Source of the DNA: Burkholderiaceae bacterium
Lineage (GTDB): Bacteria > Pseudomonadota > Gammaproteobacteria > Burkholderiales > Burkholderiaceae_B
Assembly (NCBI GenBank): GCA_017857895.1
Contig: JAFMCG010000001.1
Coordinates: forward strand, 1 to 59,134
DNA: 59,134 nucleotides
Direction: 5' to 3'
Shown: one piece after another, positions 1 through 10,474 of the stretch
Numbering within the stretch: the first letter of the stretch is position 1
How the letters are laid out: each line of letters begins with the position of its first letter
The notes under the pieces: model-generated
Database searches by the model: none
The model's input: the letters and a program-made list of their open reading frames with translations, nothing else
Told to the model about the DNA's origin: nothing
Translations under genes and position numbers: made by a program

Positions 1-80
1 ACGGCAACTGTGATGTGGGTGAAATAATAAGAAACGGTTTTCTTCAGGGTGAAGGCATTCGTCTGGATGAACTTGGTCAT
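1..80 (-). CDS. 5' part of a small membrane protein, DUF2061-like (runs off the left edge)
   Basis: ATG at 80 on the minus strand, open to position 1: MTKFIQTNAFTLKKTVSYYFTHITVA. The KT.SY...H..VA pattern resembles DUF2061. Not in the ORF track. Confidence 0.45.
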   Translation of the reverse strand, partial: MTKFIQTNAFTLKKTVSYYFTHITVA

Positions 81-139
81 GGTCGAGCCCTTTTTTACAT
101 GCTTTGAACCATCTTCCTCCTGTCATGGATATTTGTACA

Positions 140-180
140 ATTGATTGATAATTAATTATCGATAGTTAATAGCAATCAAT
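140..180. promoter_or_regulatory. AT-rich palindromic operator, LysR/OxyR-like
   Basis: ATTGATTG(140-147)...CAATCAAT(173-180) inverted repeat enclosing the perfect palindrome GATAATTAATTATC (147-160). The minus strand reads ATTG-N7-CTAT-N7-TAAT-N7-CAAT. Confidence 0.35.
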
Positions 181-202
181 GGGCCCAGCGGTTTTTTGGG
201 TT

Positions 203-1525
203 TCAGTCGTCCACCACCTTGGCGTACAAGTCATACTCATCGGCATCGGTGACCGTGACACGGACCAGTTGACCCGGTGTGAGTGTTTTGTCACTGTCCA
301 CAAACACATTGCCGTCGATTTCTGGCGCGTTGGCGAAAGAGCGACCAATGGCGCCATCTTCGTCGACTTCATCGATCAACACGTCCATTGTTTTACCGAT
401 TTTTAGTGCCAGGCGCGCCTGCGAGATGGCTTGCTGATGAGCCATGAAACGATCCCAACGGGATTGCTTGACATCTTCTGGCACCGGATTGGGTAGCGCA
501 TTGGCGCTGGCGCCATCGACGGCCGAATACTGGAAGCAACCCACCATATCGAGTTGTGCCTCGGTCATCCAATTGAGCAGATACTCAAAATCTTCCTCGG
601 TTTCACCAGGGAACCCGACGATGAAGGTCGATCGAATCGTGAGTTCAGGACAGATTTCACGCCATGCCTTAATGCGCGCCAACGTCTTATCCTCAAATGC
701 CGGGCGTTTCATTAACTTAAGCACCTTTGGGCTGGCGTGCTGAAACGGAATATCCAAATAGGGCAGAATCCGGCCTTGGGCCATCAACGGAATCACTTCG
801 TCAACGTGCGGATAGGGATAAACGTAGTGCAAGCGCACCCACACCCCTAATTCACCCAAGGCTTCGCACAGTTCGGTCATGCGTGTTTTAACCGGGCGAC
901 CCTGCCAAAACCCCGTTCGGTACTTGACATCCACCCCGTAGGCGCTGGTGTCTTGCGACACCACCAAAAGCTCTTTTACGCCGGCTTTGACCAAGCGCTC
1001 AGCTTCGTCTAAGACGTCGCCAATCGGACGACTCACCAAGTCGCCTCGCATTGAGGGGATGATACAAAAGCTGCAACGGTGGTTACAGCCTTCGGAAATT
1101 TTGAGGTACGCATAGTGGCGAGGGGTGAGTTTGATCCCTTGCGGTGGCACTAGGTCCACATAGGGGTTGTGCTCAAGTGAGGGCGGGGCTGCTTCATGCA
1201 CCGCTCGCACCACCTGTTCGTATTGCTGTGGGCCGGTCACGGCCAACACACCTGGGTGAATGCTGCGAATCACATCCTCTTGCACGCCCAAGCAACCCGT
1301 GACGATCACGCGACCGTTTTCAGCGAGCGCCTCACCGATGGCATCCAGTGATTCCGCCTTGGCACTGTCAATGAAGCCGCACGTGTTAACCACCACCACA
1401 TCGGCGCCATCGTAATCGGGCACGATGTCGTAACCCTCGGTGCGCAACTGGGTGAGAATACGCTCTGAATCAACCAGTGCCTTGGGACAGCCTAGACTCA
1501 CAAAACCAACTTTTGGTGCCGACAT
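203..1525 (-). CDS. rimO: ribosomal protein S12 methylthiotransferase RimO
   Basis: N-terminal [21 protein letters not shown] Fe-S cysteines, radical-SAM CNHRCSFC, C-terminal TRAM domain with APEIDG. Confidence 0.95.
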   Translation of the reverse strand: MSAPKVGFVSLGCPKALVDSERILTQLRTEGYDIVPDYDGADVVVVNTCGFIDSAKAESLDAIGEALAENGRVIVTGCLGVQEDVIRSIHPGVLAVTGPQQYEQVVRAVHEAAPPSLEHNPYVDLVPPQGIKLTPRHYAYLKISEGCNHRCSFCIIPSMRGDLVSRPIGDVLDEAERLVKAGVKELLVVSQDTSAYGVDVKYRTGFWQGRPVKTRMTELCEALGELGVWVRLHYVYPYPHVDEVIPLMAQGRILPYLDIPFQHASPKVLKLMKRPAFEDKTLARIKAWREICPELTIRSTFIVGFPGETEEDFEYLLNWMTEAQLDMVGCFQYSAVDGASANALPNPVPEDVKQSRWDRFMAHQQAISQARLALKIGKTMDVLIDEVDEDGAIGRSFANAPEIDGNVFVDSDKTLTPGQLVRVTVTDADEYDLYAKVVDD

Positions 1526-1593
1526 GACCGCCTGTTCTAGAAAAAATAGTGAAGATTGAGTTTAACGCGCCGGATGCTTCTACAATCGAACTT

Positions 1594-2937
1594 ATGCCGT
1601 TAATCAAGGCTTTTGCCCAAGCTTCCACATCGCCGCTGTCTTTAACCCTGTTGCTTGCCTCGCGCTGCTTGGCAGCGGTTGAAGGTGGTCGTTCGTTAAC
1701 CGAAGCCTTGGGTAAGGTGCCCTCAGCCAATCGCTCGGCGGTACAAGCCGTCACGCTCTACGCCATGCGCCACTGGGGCCGCGCTCGCGCTTGGCGGGCC
1801 ATGACATTGAAAAAGCCAACCGGTCAGCCATGGGTCGACAGTCTTATTGCGCTGTCTTTGTTGCTGCTTGATGTGGCTGTTGCCCCGGAATCAAGCAGCA
1901 CCGACGCACCACGCTACACCCCCCATACGTTGGTGACGCAAGCCGTGGACGCCGCCCGCGAGGGTCGGGCCAAACCGGTTTTGCCCGGCCTACTGAATGC
2001 CATTTTGCGGCGTTTTCAGCGCGAGCACCGCCAGTTTCTCGACAACATCAAAACCGACCCCGTAGCCCGCTGGGGCTACCCGCTTTGGTGGCAAAAGCAG
2101 CTGCAAGCCGACTACCCCCATGACTGGCAGTCAATTCTGGCTGTCAGCTGCTTTGCACCACGGTTGGTATTGCGTGTGAACACGCGGTTGACTGACGTGG
2201 CTGAAGTGCTGCACGAATTCAGCGAGGCTGGCGTCACAGCGGTTCACTTGGGTGAGTCAGCCATTGCTGTCACACAGACCGGCTCGGTTGACCAACTGCC
2301 CGGTTACACCGAGGGTTGGTGGTCAGTCCAAGATTTGGGCGCGCAGCGTGCCGCGACGCTTTTGGCCCCAAAATCTGGCGAGCGGGTGCTCGATGCTTGC
2401 GCCGCACCGGGTGGCAAAACCGCCCACTTACTTGAGCTTGCCCCCATCACCCTCACGGCCTTGGATCAAGACCCAGACCGTTTGATCCGCGTGGGCGACA
2501 CCTTAAGCCGTTTGCGACTCGTCCATTCAGGCGTCACGCTAAAAGCGGTGGATGCGCGCAACCTCGAGCAATGGTGGGACGGGAAACCCTTTGACGCTAT
2601 TTTGGCGGACTTGCCATGCACCGCCTCAGGCGTGGTTCGACGCCACCCCGATATCGCTTGGCTTAGACGCGTGGCCGACCTCCCCAAAACAGTCACTCAA
2701 CAAGCAAAAATACTGGACGCGCTCTGGCAAACCTTGGCGCCGGGCGGGCGCTTACTAATGGTGACCTGCTCGGTGTTTTTGCAAGAAGGCGAACAACAAG
2801 CGGTGAACTTTTTGAGTCGTCACCCTGATGCACGCCGACTGCCCGCACCGGGTCATTTATTACCCAAAGCAAGCTTGGGTGATGAGCCCGGACAAGATGG
2901 CTTTTTTTACGGGTTATTTGAACGAGCGGTGTTGTGA
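1594..2937 (+). CDS. rsmB: 16S rRNA m5C967 methyltransferase RsmB (Sun/Fmu)
   Basis: NusB-like N-terminus, LDACAAPGGKT, DLPCTASGVVRRHPD, TCS motif. ATG 1594 preferred over the ORF-track start at 1549. Confidence 0.9.
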   Translation: MPLIKAFAQASTSPLSLTLLLASRCLAAVEGGRSLTEALGKVPSANRSAVQAVTLYAMRHWGRARAWRAMTLKKPTGQPWVDSLIALSLLLLDVAVAPESSSTDAPRYTPHTLVTQAVDAAREGRAKPVLPGLLNAILRRFQREHRQFLDNIKTDPVARWGYPLWWQKQLQADYPHDWQSILAVSCFAPRLVLRVNTRLTDVAEVLHEFSEAGVTAVHLGESAIAVTQTGSVDQLPGYTEGWWSVQDLGAQRAATLLAPKSGERVLDACAAPGGKTAHLLELAPITLTALDQDPDRLIRVGDTLSRLRLVHSGVTLKAVDARNLEQWWDGKPFDAILADLPCTASGVVRRHPDIAWLRRVADLPKTVTQQAKILDALWQTLAPGGRLLMVTCSVFLQEGEQQAVNFLSRHPDARRLPAPGHLLPKASLGDEPGQDGFFYGLFERAVL

Positions 2938-2980
2938 GCCAAGGCGCCGCGACTGCATTAATTTGTTCCATAATGTACTC

Positions 2981-3616
2981 ATGATGATGTTTGTGACCCA
3001 CCGGATCAATCTCAAGCCTGCGCGTTGGCATCGCGCAGGCTTGAGTCTGGCTGCGCTACTCATATGGTTTGGGTTTGGTGCCAACGCCGGCGCCCAGCCT
3101 TTGTCTGACGCTCAGGCGGAAGTCTTGCGCATCGAGCCTATGGTGGTCGATGGCCAACTGTCCATGAACATCGACACCCAGCTAACACTCAACAACACCA
3201 TGCAACAAGCGCTGAATCGGGGCTTGCCTTTGTTTTTTTCTATTGAAGTCAAAATCAGCCAGCCACGGTGGTGGTGGTTTGACAAAGACTTGGTCGACAC
3301 CCGCTTGACTCGACGCCTATCGTTTAACAACTTGACGCAGCAATGGCAAATCAGCACCGGTGATTTATCGGTCGCGTTTTCAAGTTTTGCTCAGGTGCAA
3401 GCGGCATTGCGGCGGGTGCGAAACTGGCCCGTGGCCTTGAGCGACCGTTTCAACCCTGACACCACCTTTGAAGGCCGAGTCAGGATTCGCTTAGACACCA
3501 CCCAACTGGCTCGACCGCTACAGCTAGACCCAGCCAATCGCAATGAATGGACACTCAATAGCCCTTGGAAAGCGTTTGAATTCATGATCCGTCGACCAAC
3601 AGCGGGCGCCCCATGA
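2981..3616 (+). CDS. DUF4390 family exported protein (PlrP-like)
   Basis: Signal-like hydrophobic N-terminus, ALNRGLPLFF...RWWW...LARPLQ motifs; position between rsmB and an NtrY-type kinase. Start placed at the ATG cluster at 2981. Confidence 0.75.
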   Translation: MMMFVTHRINLKPARWHRAGLSLAALLIWFGFGANAGAQPLSDAQAEVLRIEPMVVDGQLSMNIDTQLTLNNTMQQALNRGLPLFFSIEVKISQPRWWWFDKDLVDTRLTRRLSFNNLTQQWQISTGDLSVAFSSFAQVQAALRRVRNWPVALSDRFNPDTTFEGRVRIRLDTTQLARPLQLDPANRNEWTLNSPWKAFEFMIRRPTAGAP

Positions 3617-5922
3617 GACGGCGCAACCGGTTCTTGATCGCGCTTGGAATCGTGCTTGGCCTGGGGCTTTTCATTCTCTTGGCCTGGTCCACCGGTAGCG
3701 CTTCTCGTTTGGCCCAGTTTCATCAACTGTTGGTGTATTTGAATTTTGCGCTGGCGTTCGGCTTAGCGGCCTGGGTCTTGGGCTTAACGATCAAACTTTT
3801 CCGGCGGCTACGCCGGGGTAAGTTCGGTGCCAGACTCACGAGCCGCTTTGCCATCGCCTTTGCCTTGATCGGTGTACTGCCAGGGGCGCTGATTTACACC
3901 GTTTCTATTCAGTTCATGTCGCGCTCCATTGAGTCGTGGTTTAACGTTCGCGTGGACACGGCACTTGATGCAGGTCTCGCACTCGGCCGCGCCGCGCTAG
4001 ATGCCCAGCTCAATGAGCTTGATACCCGAGCTCGCGCCATGATTCCAGCGCTTTCAGATGCTGCAGGCAATGACAGCGAACTGAGGGGATTACTCAGCCG
4101 CGTACGAGAAATCACGGGCGTGTCTGAAGCAATGGTGCTAACAAGCTCTGGGCGGCCGATAGCCTTTGTCACCGATCAACTCGGGCAATTACTGCCCCAA
4201 GGCCCACCGGTCAGCGTCTTGAATCAACTTCGGGTGTCTGGCAGCTACGCCGCCGCTGAAAACGTTGTCCCAAATGCGCTGAGCACAGACCCCTCAGGTT
4301 TGGTATTAAGGGTCATCGTGCCGCTTGGCAACTCTTTGAGTCTGGCCTCGCCCATGGCGACTTCCGAAGTGCGCTGGTTACAGCTCATGAAACCCGTGCC
4401 TGAGTCCATTGTGTCTAACGCCGAAGAAGTGCGCCAAGGCTACCGTGACTATCAAGAATTGGCGCTCTCACGCCAGGGTTTGCGTCAATTGTTTGTGGTC
4501 ACCCTAACCTTGGCGTTGCTATTGGCTGTGTTTGCGGCCATGGCCGTGGCTTTGTTTTTATCGCGTCGCTTGGTACAACCTTTGCTGGCCTTGGCCTCTG
4601 GGACCCAAGCCGTCAGCGTGGGGGATTTTAGGCAATTGCCTGAGCCTCCCCAAAACGACGAAGTCGGACAGCTCACTCGCTCATTTAATGACATGACTCG
4701 GCAACTCGAAGAAGCGCGTCGCTTGGTCGATTTGAATCGCAAACAAATCGAGCAATCTAAGCTTTTCACCGAAGGTATTTTGGCGAACCTCTCAGCTGGC
4801 GTGCTGGTGTTCGATGAGCAATTCCGAGTGGTTCTCTTTAACCAAGGGGCACAAGCCATACTTGGCGCTGACCTTCGGGGCGTCAAAGGTCGCCCCCTCG
4901 AAACGGTTGATGGCTTACTAGCGTTGGCCAACACCCTTCGACGCGGCTTTTCTCACCATGCCGCCTCTGAGTCTGAGCGCTTGCACTGGCAAGAGCAGTT
5001 CGAGGTGACCTTGCCGCGACCCGACATGCCAGAAGGCACACAGACGCTGACATTATTGGCACGCGGCACCCATCTAAGCGCCGAGGGGCGTGGAAATGGT
5101 TATGTGGTGGTGTTTGACGATATCAGCGATGTGATTTCTGCCAACCGAAGCGTCGCTTGGGCCGAAGTAGCCCGTCGCATGGCCCATGAAATCAAAAACC
5201 CTCTGACACCCATTCAACTGTCAGCCGAACGCTTGGCCATGAAACTCATGGATAAGCTTGATGCCAAGGATGCCGCCTTACTGGAACGCTCAACCAACAC
5301 GATCGTCAATCAGGTTGGCTCTCTGAAACACATGGTCGAAGAGTTTCGCGAGTTTGCACGCAAGCCACCATTGGCGTTTGGGCGCGTAGACCTCAATACG
5401 CTGGTCGAAGACGTGTTGACACTGTACGGATGGGACCCTGCTGAGGGCTCAGCCCATGAATCGGGTCCGGTGCGCTTTGAGGCATTGCTTGAGCAGGGCT
5501 TGCCCGAAATTCGTGGCGACACCACGCAGTTGCGCCAAGTGGTTCACAATCTTTTGGCGAACGCACGTGATGCTTTGGTTGAAACCACAAGTGATGGCGT
5601 CATCACCGTTGCCACCGAAACCATCGCCGCCAGCATTGGTGGGCAAGCGGGCCAACCCGCCGTGCGCCTGACCGTGACAGACAATGGGCCCGGCTTTTCT
5701 GCGCAGCTACTACAACGCGCCTTTGAACCTTACGTGACCACCAAGGCACACGGCACCGGTTTAGGACTGGCAATTGTTCGTAAAATTGTAGAAGAGCACG
5801 GGGGTTATATCGACATCTCTAACCGCCGTTCAGGTGGCGCACGCATTACTATTCTGTTGGTCCCCGATCCCAGTAAGGTGGACGGCGACGCACAAGGGGA
5901 CGATAATCATGAAACGCAATAG
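3613..5922 (+). CDS. ntrY: NtrY/PlrS-type membrane sensor histidine kinase (HAMP-PAS-HisKA-HATPase)
   Basis: Multiple TM helices, SIESWF, HAMP (DEVGQLTRSFNDM), H-box AHEIKNPLTPIQL, DNGPG, GTGLGL. Confidence 0.85.
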   Translation: MRRRNRFLIALGIVLGLGLFILLAWSTGSASRLAQFHQLLVYLNFALAFGLAAWVLGLTIKLFRRLRRGKFGARLTSRFAIAFALIGVLPGALIYTVSIQFMSRSIESWFNVRVDTALDAGLALGRAALDAQLNELDTRARAMIPALSDAAGNDSELRGLLSRVREITGVSEAMVLTSSGRPIAFVTDQLGQLLPQGPPVSVLNQLRVSGSYAAAENVVPNALSTDPSGLVLRVIVPLGNSLSLASPMATSEVRWLQLMKPVPESIVSNAEEVRQGYRDYQELALSRQGLRQLFVVTLTLALLLAVFAAMAVALFLSRRLVQPLLALASGTQAVSVGDFRQLPEPPQNDEVGQLTRSFNDMTRQLEEARRLVDLNRKQIEQSKLFTEGILANLSAGVLVFDEQFRVVLFNQGAQAILGADLRGVKGRPLETVDGLLALANTLRRGFSHHAASESERLHWQEQFEVTLPRPDMPEGTQTLTLLARGTHLSAEGRGNGYVVVFDDISDVISANRSVAWAEVARRMAHEIKNPLTPIQLSAERLAMKLMDKLDAKDAALLERSTNTIVNQVGSLKHMVEEFREFARKPPLAFGRVDLNTLVEDVLTLYGWDPAEGSAHESGPVRFEALLEQGLPEIRGDTTQLRQVVHNLLANARDALVETTSDGVITVATETIAASIGGQAGQPAVRLTVTDNGPGFSAQLLQRAFEPYVTTKAHGTGLGLAIVRKIVEEHGGYIDISNRRSGGARITILLVPDPSKVDGDAQGDDNHETQ

Positions 5923-5936
5923 GTTGAACAAATAAT

Positions 5937-6614
5937 ATGGCTCGAATCCTAGTGGTTGACGACGAGATCGGCATCCGTGAATTGCTCTTCGAAATTTTAT
6001 ATGACGAAGGGCACACGGTAGAGCTGGCTGAAAACGCCGCACAAGCGCGTGCCGTCAGGCAACGCATGCGCCCTGATCTTGTTTTGCTTGATATTTGGAT
6101 GCCAGACACCGATGGCGTGACGTTGTTGCGCGAGTGGGGCTCTCAAGGCCTACTAGACATGCCAGTGATCATGATGAGCGGGCACGCCACCATCGACACC
6201 GCTGTTGAAGCGACCCGTATCGGCGCGATCGATTTCTTAGAAAAACCCATCACGTTACAGCGTTTGCTTAAAACGATTTCAAATGGTTTAAATCGCACCA
6301 AACCAATCAATGCCATTGGTGCGCGCGAACCTTTGAGCTCGGGTCAGCCCACTGGCTCGGGCACGGGTACGCCGGTTGCCGCCGCCGGTGAGTTGGAACC
6401 GGCACCCACCCCCGCCGGTGTGTCCGGTGATATTTCTTTGGATCAACCGCTCAGGGATGCGCGTGACGCTTTTGAGCGGGTCTATTTTGAGTATCACTTG
6501 GTCCGAGAAAATCACAGCATGACGCGTGTTTCAGAGCGCACAGGACTTGAGCGCACGCACCTTTACCGTAAGCTCAAACAACTGGGCATCGAATCGCGCA
6601 AGCGAAACTCATGA
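5937..6614 (+). CDS. ntrX: NtrX/PlrR-type response regulator (REC + Fis-type HTH, no AAA+ domain)
   Basis: ILVVDDE, LLDIWMPD, EKP; C-terminal ARDAFERVYF...GLERTHLYRKLK. Confidence 0.85.
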   Translation: MARILVVDDEIGIRELLFEILYDEGHTVELAENAAQARAVRQRMRPDLVLLDIWMPDTDGVTLLREWGSQGLLDMPVIMMSGHATIDTAVEATRIGAIDFLEKPITLQRLLKTISNGLNRTKPINAIGAREPLSSGQPTGSGTGTPVAAAGELEPAPTPAGVSGDISLDQPLRDARDAFERVYFEYHLVRENHSMTRVSERTGLERTHLYRKLKQLGIESRKRNS

Positions 6615-7990
6615 AGATCTTAATAGTTGGCGCAGGCCGGGTGGGCACAAGCGTGGCCGAAAACCTAGTGTCTGAACACAACGACATCACAGTCATCGAC
6701 GACGACCCAAGTCGCCTAGCTGACTTGCAAGAGCGGTTTGATTTACGCGGCGTGGTGGGTGACGGCACACAAGTCTCCGCTTTACGCCGCGCCGGTGCTG
6801 AAGACGCTGACCTGTTGATTGCTTGTGCAGCGAGTGACTCGGTCAACTTGGTGGCCTGCAAAATTGCACGCAAACTATTCAATGTGCCGCGTCGGATTGC
6901 TCGCATTCGGTCCTCTGAGCTACCTGGTATTCCCGAGCTACTTGAAGAAGATGGGTTTGCGATTGATGCGTTGATTAGCCCCGAAGCCAGCGTTACCGCC
7001 TACCTTCAAAAGCTGATCGAATTCCCTGAGGCACTACAAGTCGTGGAGATGGCTAGTGGCAAAGTCAGTGTGATCACCATGCGGGTTGATATTGGTGGCT
7101 CCATGGCCAACCATGCACTCAAAGACTTGCGCGCCATGAGCCCGGATGTCAATGCCCGCGTTGTTGACATCATGCGTCTGGGTCAAACCATTGCCGTTTC
7201 GCCCGAGACCATTCTGCGACCAGGCGACAACTTGCTGCTGATCGCTGACACACGCTCAGCGCACCAAGCCGTTCACCAAATGCACAAATCTGCCCCGACC
7301 GTACGGCGTCTGATGATCGCAGGCGGCGGCAACATTGGTTCGCGCCTGGCAAAGACACTCGGTGAAAACGGCTATAACGTGCGCATCATCGAACAAAACC
7401 TTGATCGCTGTGAACAGCTGGCCAGTACCCTGCCCGATAACGTTCTTGTGCTGCATGGCAATGGCACTGATGAGTCGTTGTTGCAACGCGAAGGCATTGA
7501 GGACATGGATACATGGCTCGCTCTTACGAGCGAAGACGAGGACAACATCATGTCGTCGCTGCTGGCCAAGCGCATGGGGGCACGCCGTGTGATTGCGCTG
7601 ATTAACCGACAAGCATACGGTGAACTGATGCAAGGCAGTCACATTGATATTGCTGTGTCGCCGGCACAAGCCACCATGAGCGAGCTGTTGCGATACGTGC
7701 GTCGCGGCGATATCGTGGCCGCCCACCGCTTACGTGGTGGTCTGGCCGAAGTATTGGAACTTGTTGCCCATGGCGATCGTAAATCTTCTAAGGCCGTAGG
7801 CCGTCGCATCCATGAGCTGGACCTTCCAAAAGGGGCAACCGTGGGCGCACTGGTGCGCGGTGAGGAAATCATCATCACCGATCAGCACGCTGTTATCGAA
7901 CCGGACGACCACGTCATTGTGTTTGTCTCATCGCGCACTCAAATCGCCAAGGTCGAGAAACTGTTTCAAGTTTCGGCCTCTTTTTTCTAA
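6611..7990 (+). CDS. trkA: Trk system potassium uptake regulatory subunit TrkA
   Basis: Two RCK domains with GAGRVG and GGGNIG; C-terminus VEKLFQVSASFF. Confidence 0.95.
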   Translation: MKILIVGAGRVGTSVAENLVSEHNDITVIDDDPSRLADLQERFDLRGVVGDGTQVSALRRAGAEDADLLIACAASDSVNLVACKIARKLFNVPRRIARIRSSELPGIPELLEEDGFAIDALISPEASVTAYLQKLIEFPEALQVVEMASGKVSVITMRVDIGGSMANHALKDLRAMSPDVNARVVDIMRLGQTIAVSPETILRPGDNLLLIADTRSAHQAVHQMHKSAPTVRRLMIAGGGNIGSRLAKTLGENGYNVRIIEQNLDRCEQLASTLPDNVLVLHGNGTDESLLQREGIEDMDTWLALTSEDEDNIMSSLLAKRMGARRVIALINRQAYGELMQGSHIDIAVSPAQATMSELLRYVRRGDIVAAHRLRGGLAEVLELVAHGDRKSSKAVGRRIHELDLPKGATVGALVRGEEIIITDQHAVIEPDDHVIVFVSSRTQIAKVEKLFQVSASFF

Positions 7991-7995
7991 GCATC

Positions 7996-9465
7996 ATGAA
8001 GCGAATTCTGGCTGTCGTACACGTGCTGGGTTTCACCATGGCGTTGTTCGCCACGACGCTCATCGTGCCCATGGTCTGGTCCATCATTTTGGGCGACGGT
8101 CAGTTGATGCTCTTTGTTCACGCCTTCATCATTGCCTTGGCTTTGGGCGGTGGACTTTGGCTGGGTACCTTGCGATTCCGGGCTGAGTTACGCCCGCGCG
8201 ACGGCTTTTTGTTGGTCACGTCCGTTTGGGCGTTCCTGCCCATATTGGGCACGATCCCGTTGTTGCTTTATTTCAATGGCACGGGTCATCCACTGAGCTT
8301 TACCGACGCCTACTTTGAATCGATGTCTGGCCTGACCGCCAGCGGTGGCACACTGCTGACCAATCTTGATTCCTTGGCACCCACCATTAACTTATGGCGC
8401 GTGACCATGCACTGGGTCGGTGGTATGGGCATCATCGTGTTGGCAGTGGCGATTTTGCCGTTGTTGGGTGTGGGTGGGCACCAGTTGTTTCGCGCCGAAA
8501 CACCGGGGCCGATGAAAGAAGAAAAGCTCACCCCTCGGATTGCAAGCACTGCCAAGGCACTCTATGCGATTTATTTTGGACTGTCGATGGCCTGCTTTTT
8601 GGCGTATCGCGCCGCTGGCATGACTTGGTTTGACGCCTGGTGTCACATGGCCTCAACCGTCGCCCTTGGGGGTTTTTCAACCCACGATGCCAGTTTTGGG
8701 TATTTTGATTCGCCATTGATCGAGGCCATCTGCATTGTTTTCATGCTCTTGTCTGGCATTAACTTTGCCACTCACTTCAATGCTTTTCGCGTGGGCAGTC
8801 TTAAGGCCTACCAACGCTGCCCTGAGGCCATTCCTTTTGTCGTTATCGTATTGAGCATGGGCGCTTTAATTGGCGTTTATTTGTGGATCATGGATGTTTA
8901 TCCCGATCTGCTGACGTCGATACGCTACGCCATGTTTAACACCGTCTCGATTGCCACCACGGCTGGCTTTGCTAACACCGATTTTGGCGCATGGCCACTG
9001 ATTGCGCCATTGTCCATGATCATGCTGGGTATGTTTTGCACCAGCTCAGGCTCTACCGGCGGGGGCATCAAGATGATTCGTGCCATGATGCTCGTCAAAC
9101 AAACCCGCCAAGAAATGGTCGGCATCTTGCACCCTCACGCCATCACACCCGTGTTGCTAAAGGGCCGCCTGATTCCTGCCAAGGTACTGGCATCAGTGCT
9201 TGCCTTCATGCTTTTATACGGCTTTTCGATTGCCGTGATGACGGCTTTAATGCTTCTCAGTGGGGCTGATGCCACCACTGCTTTTACGGCCGTTTTGGCG
9301 TGCATCAACAACATCGGACCGGGCTTGGGCCAAGTGGGCCCTGCAGACAATTATTTCAGCATGAATGATTTTCAAATCTGGGTACTGTCATTTGCCATGA
9401 TGATTGGTCGCCTTGAGCTCTTTACCGTGTTGGTGCTTTTTTCCTCTGGGTTCTGGCGCAAGTGA
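7996..9465 (+). CDS. trkH: Trk system potassium channel TrkH
   Basis: FESMSGLT, WVGGMGII, STGGGIK, NNIGPGLG, GRLELF motifs. Confidence 0.95.
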   Translation: MKRILAVVHVLGFTMALFATTLIVPMVWSIILGDGQLMLFVHAFIIALALGGGLWLGTLRFRAELRPRDGFLLVTSVWAFLPILGTIPLLLYFNGTGHPLSFTDAYFESMSGLTASGGTLLTNLDSLAPTINLWRVTMHWVGGMGIIVLAVAILPLLGVGGHQLFRAETPGPMKEEKLTPRIASTAKALYAIYFGLSMACFLAYRAAGMTWFDAWCHMASTVALGGFSTHDASFGYFDSPLIEAICIVFMLLSGINFATHFNAFRVGSLKAYQRCPEAIPFVVIVLSMGALIGVYLWIMDVYPDLLTSIRYAMFNTVSIATTAGFANTDFGAWPLIAPLSMIMLGMFCTSSGSTGGGIKMIRAMMLVKQTRQEMVGILHPHAITPVLLKGRLIPAKVLASVLAFMLLYGFSIAVMTALMLLSGADATTAFTAVLACINNIGPGLGQVGPADNYFSMNDFQIWVLSFAMMIGRLELFTVLVLFSSGFWRK

Positions 9466-9520
9466 CCCTCGCCGCTTAGTTATACTGAAATCTTCACTGA
9501 TCAACGCGGTTCAATAATCC

Positions 9521-10345
9521 ATGGATCCCCTCTTCATTCTCGCCTATGCCGTCCTTGGATGCGTGGCTGGTTTTGCTGCCGGCCTTTTGGGTATTGGTGG
9601 CGGCATGCTGTTGGTGCCCTTCCTTACGGCTCTCTTAACACTCCAGGGCTTACCGCTCGAGTTGGTTGTGCATGCTGCGATTGCCACCTCGATGGCGTCA
9701 ATTTTATTTACGTCGATGTCTAGCGTTCGCGCGCATCACCAAAAGCGCGCCGTGAGATGGGATTTGGTTATTCGGTTTTCACCAGGCATCGTGGTGGGTG
9801 GTTTGCTGGCCGGTGGCGCTGTTTTTGCCGCGCTTAAAACCGGTTGGTTGGCACTATTTTTTGCGATCTTTGTGGGCTATTCAGCCGTCCAAATGCTGAT
9901 CAATCGTAAACCCAAACCAAGCCGTCAGATGCCTGGCACCGTGGGAACAACAGCAGCGGGTGCTGGCATCGGTTTCTTGTCTGGCTTGGTGGGCGCGGGC
10001 GGCGGTTTTGTGTCAGTGCCGTTTATGCTGTGGTGTAACGTTGCCCTTCATCATGCGGTTGCCACCTCGGCGGCCTTGGGTTTTCCCATTGCTTTGGCTA
10101 ACACCGTGGGTTACGTCTGGTCGGGTTGGTCAGTTCAGGACTTGCCTGACGGTATGTTTGGTTATATCTACTGGCCTGCTCTGTTGGTCTTGGTGGCCTT
10201 TAGTGTGGTCACCGCGCCCATCGGTGCTAAAGTGGCTCATAAATTACCGGTGAACACGTTAAAACGCGTCTTCGCTTTTCTGTTGTTTGGGTTGGCAGCC
10301 TACATGTTTTACAAAGCCGGTGTTTCGTTTGGTTGGGTGACATAA
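9521..10345 (+). CDS. sulfite exporter TauE/SafE (TSUP) family membrane protein
   Basis: Duplicated AGLLGIGGG / SGLVGAGGG motifs, about 8 TM helices. Confidence 0.85.
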   Translation: MDPLFILAYAVLGCVAGFAAGLLGIGGGMLLVPFLTALLTLQGLPLELVVHAAIATSMASILFTSMSSVRAHHQKRAVRWDLVIRFSPGIVVGGLLAGGAVFAALKTGWLALFFAIFVGYSAVQMLINRKPKPSRQMPGTVGTTAAGAGIGFLSGLVGAGGGFVSVPFMLWCNVALHHAVATSAALGFPIALANTVGYVWSGWSVQDLPDGMFGYIYWPALLVLVAFSVVTAPIGAKVAHKLPVNTLKRVFAFLLFGLAAYMFYKAGVSFGWVT

Positions 10346-10474
10346 GTCGTCTTTTATTGATAGGTCCTGCCGTCTGTTGCGTGTCCGTCACAGCGAAAGT
10401 GGTTTTGTGCACCAAGACTTCCGGTCATGGTAATGTTGAATTTAACCAGCAGTTCAACGACAGGGGGGCGCACC

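Noticed and set aside
95-121. Tiny minus-strand ORF MVQSM with a strong GGAGGA upstream of the DUF2061-like gene
   Set aside because: Five codons, out of frame with the downstream gene and with no supporting feature; cannot be told from chance.
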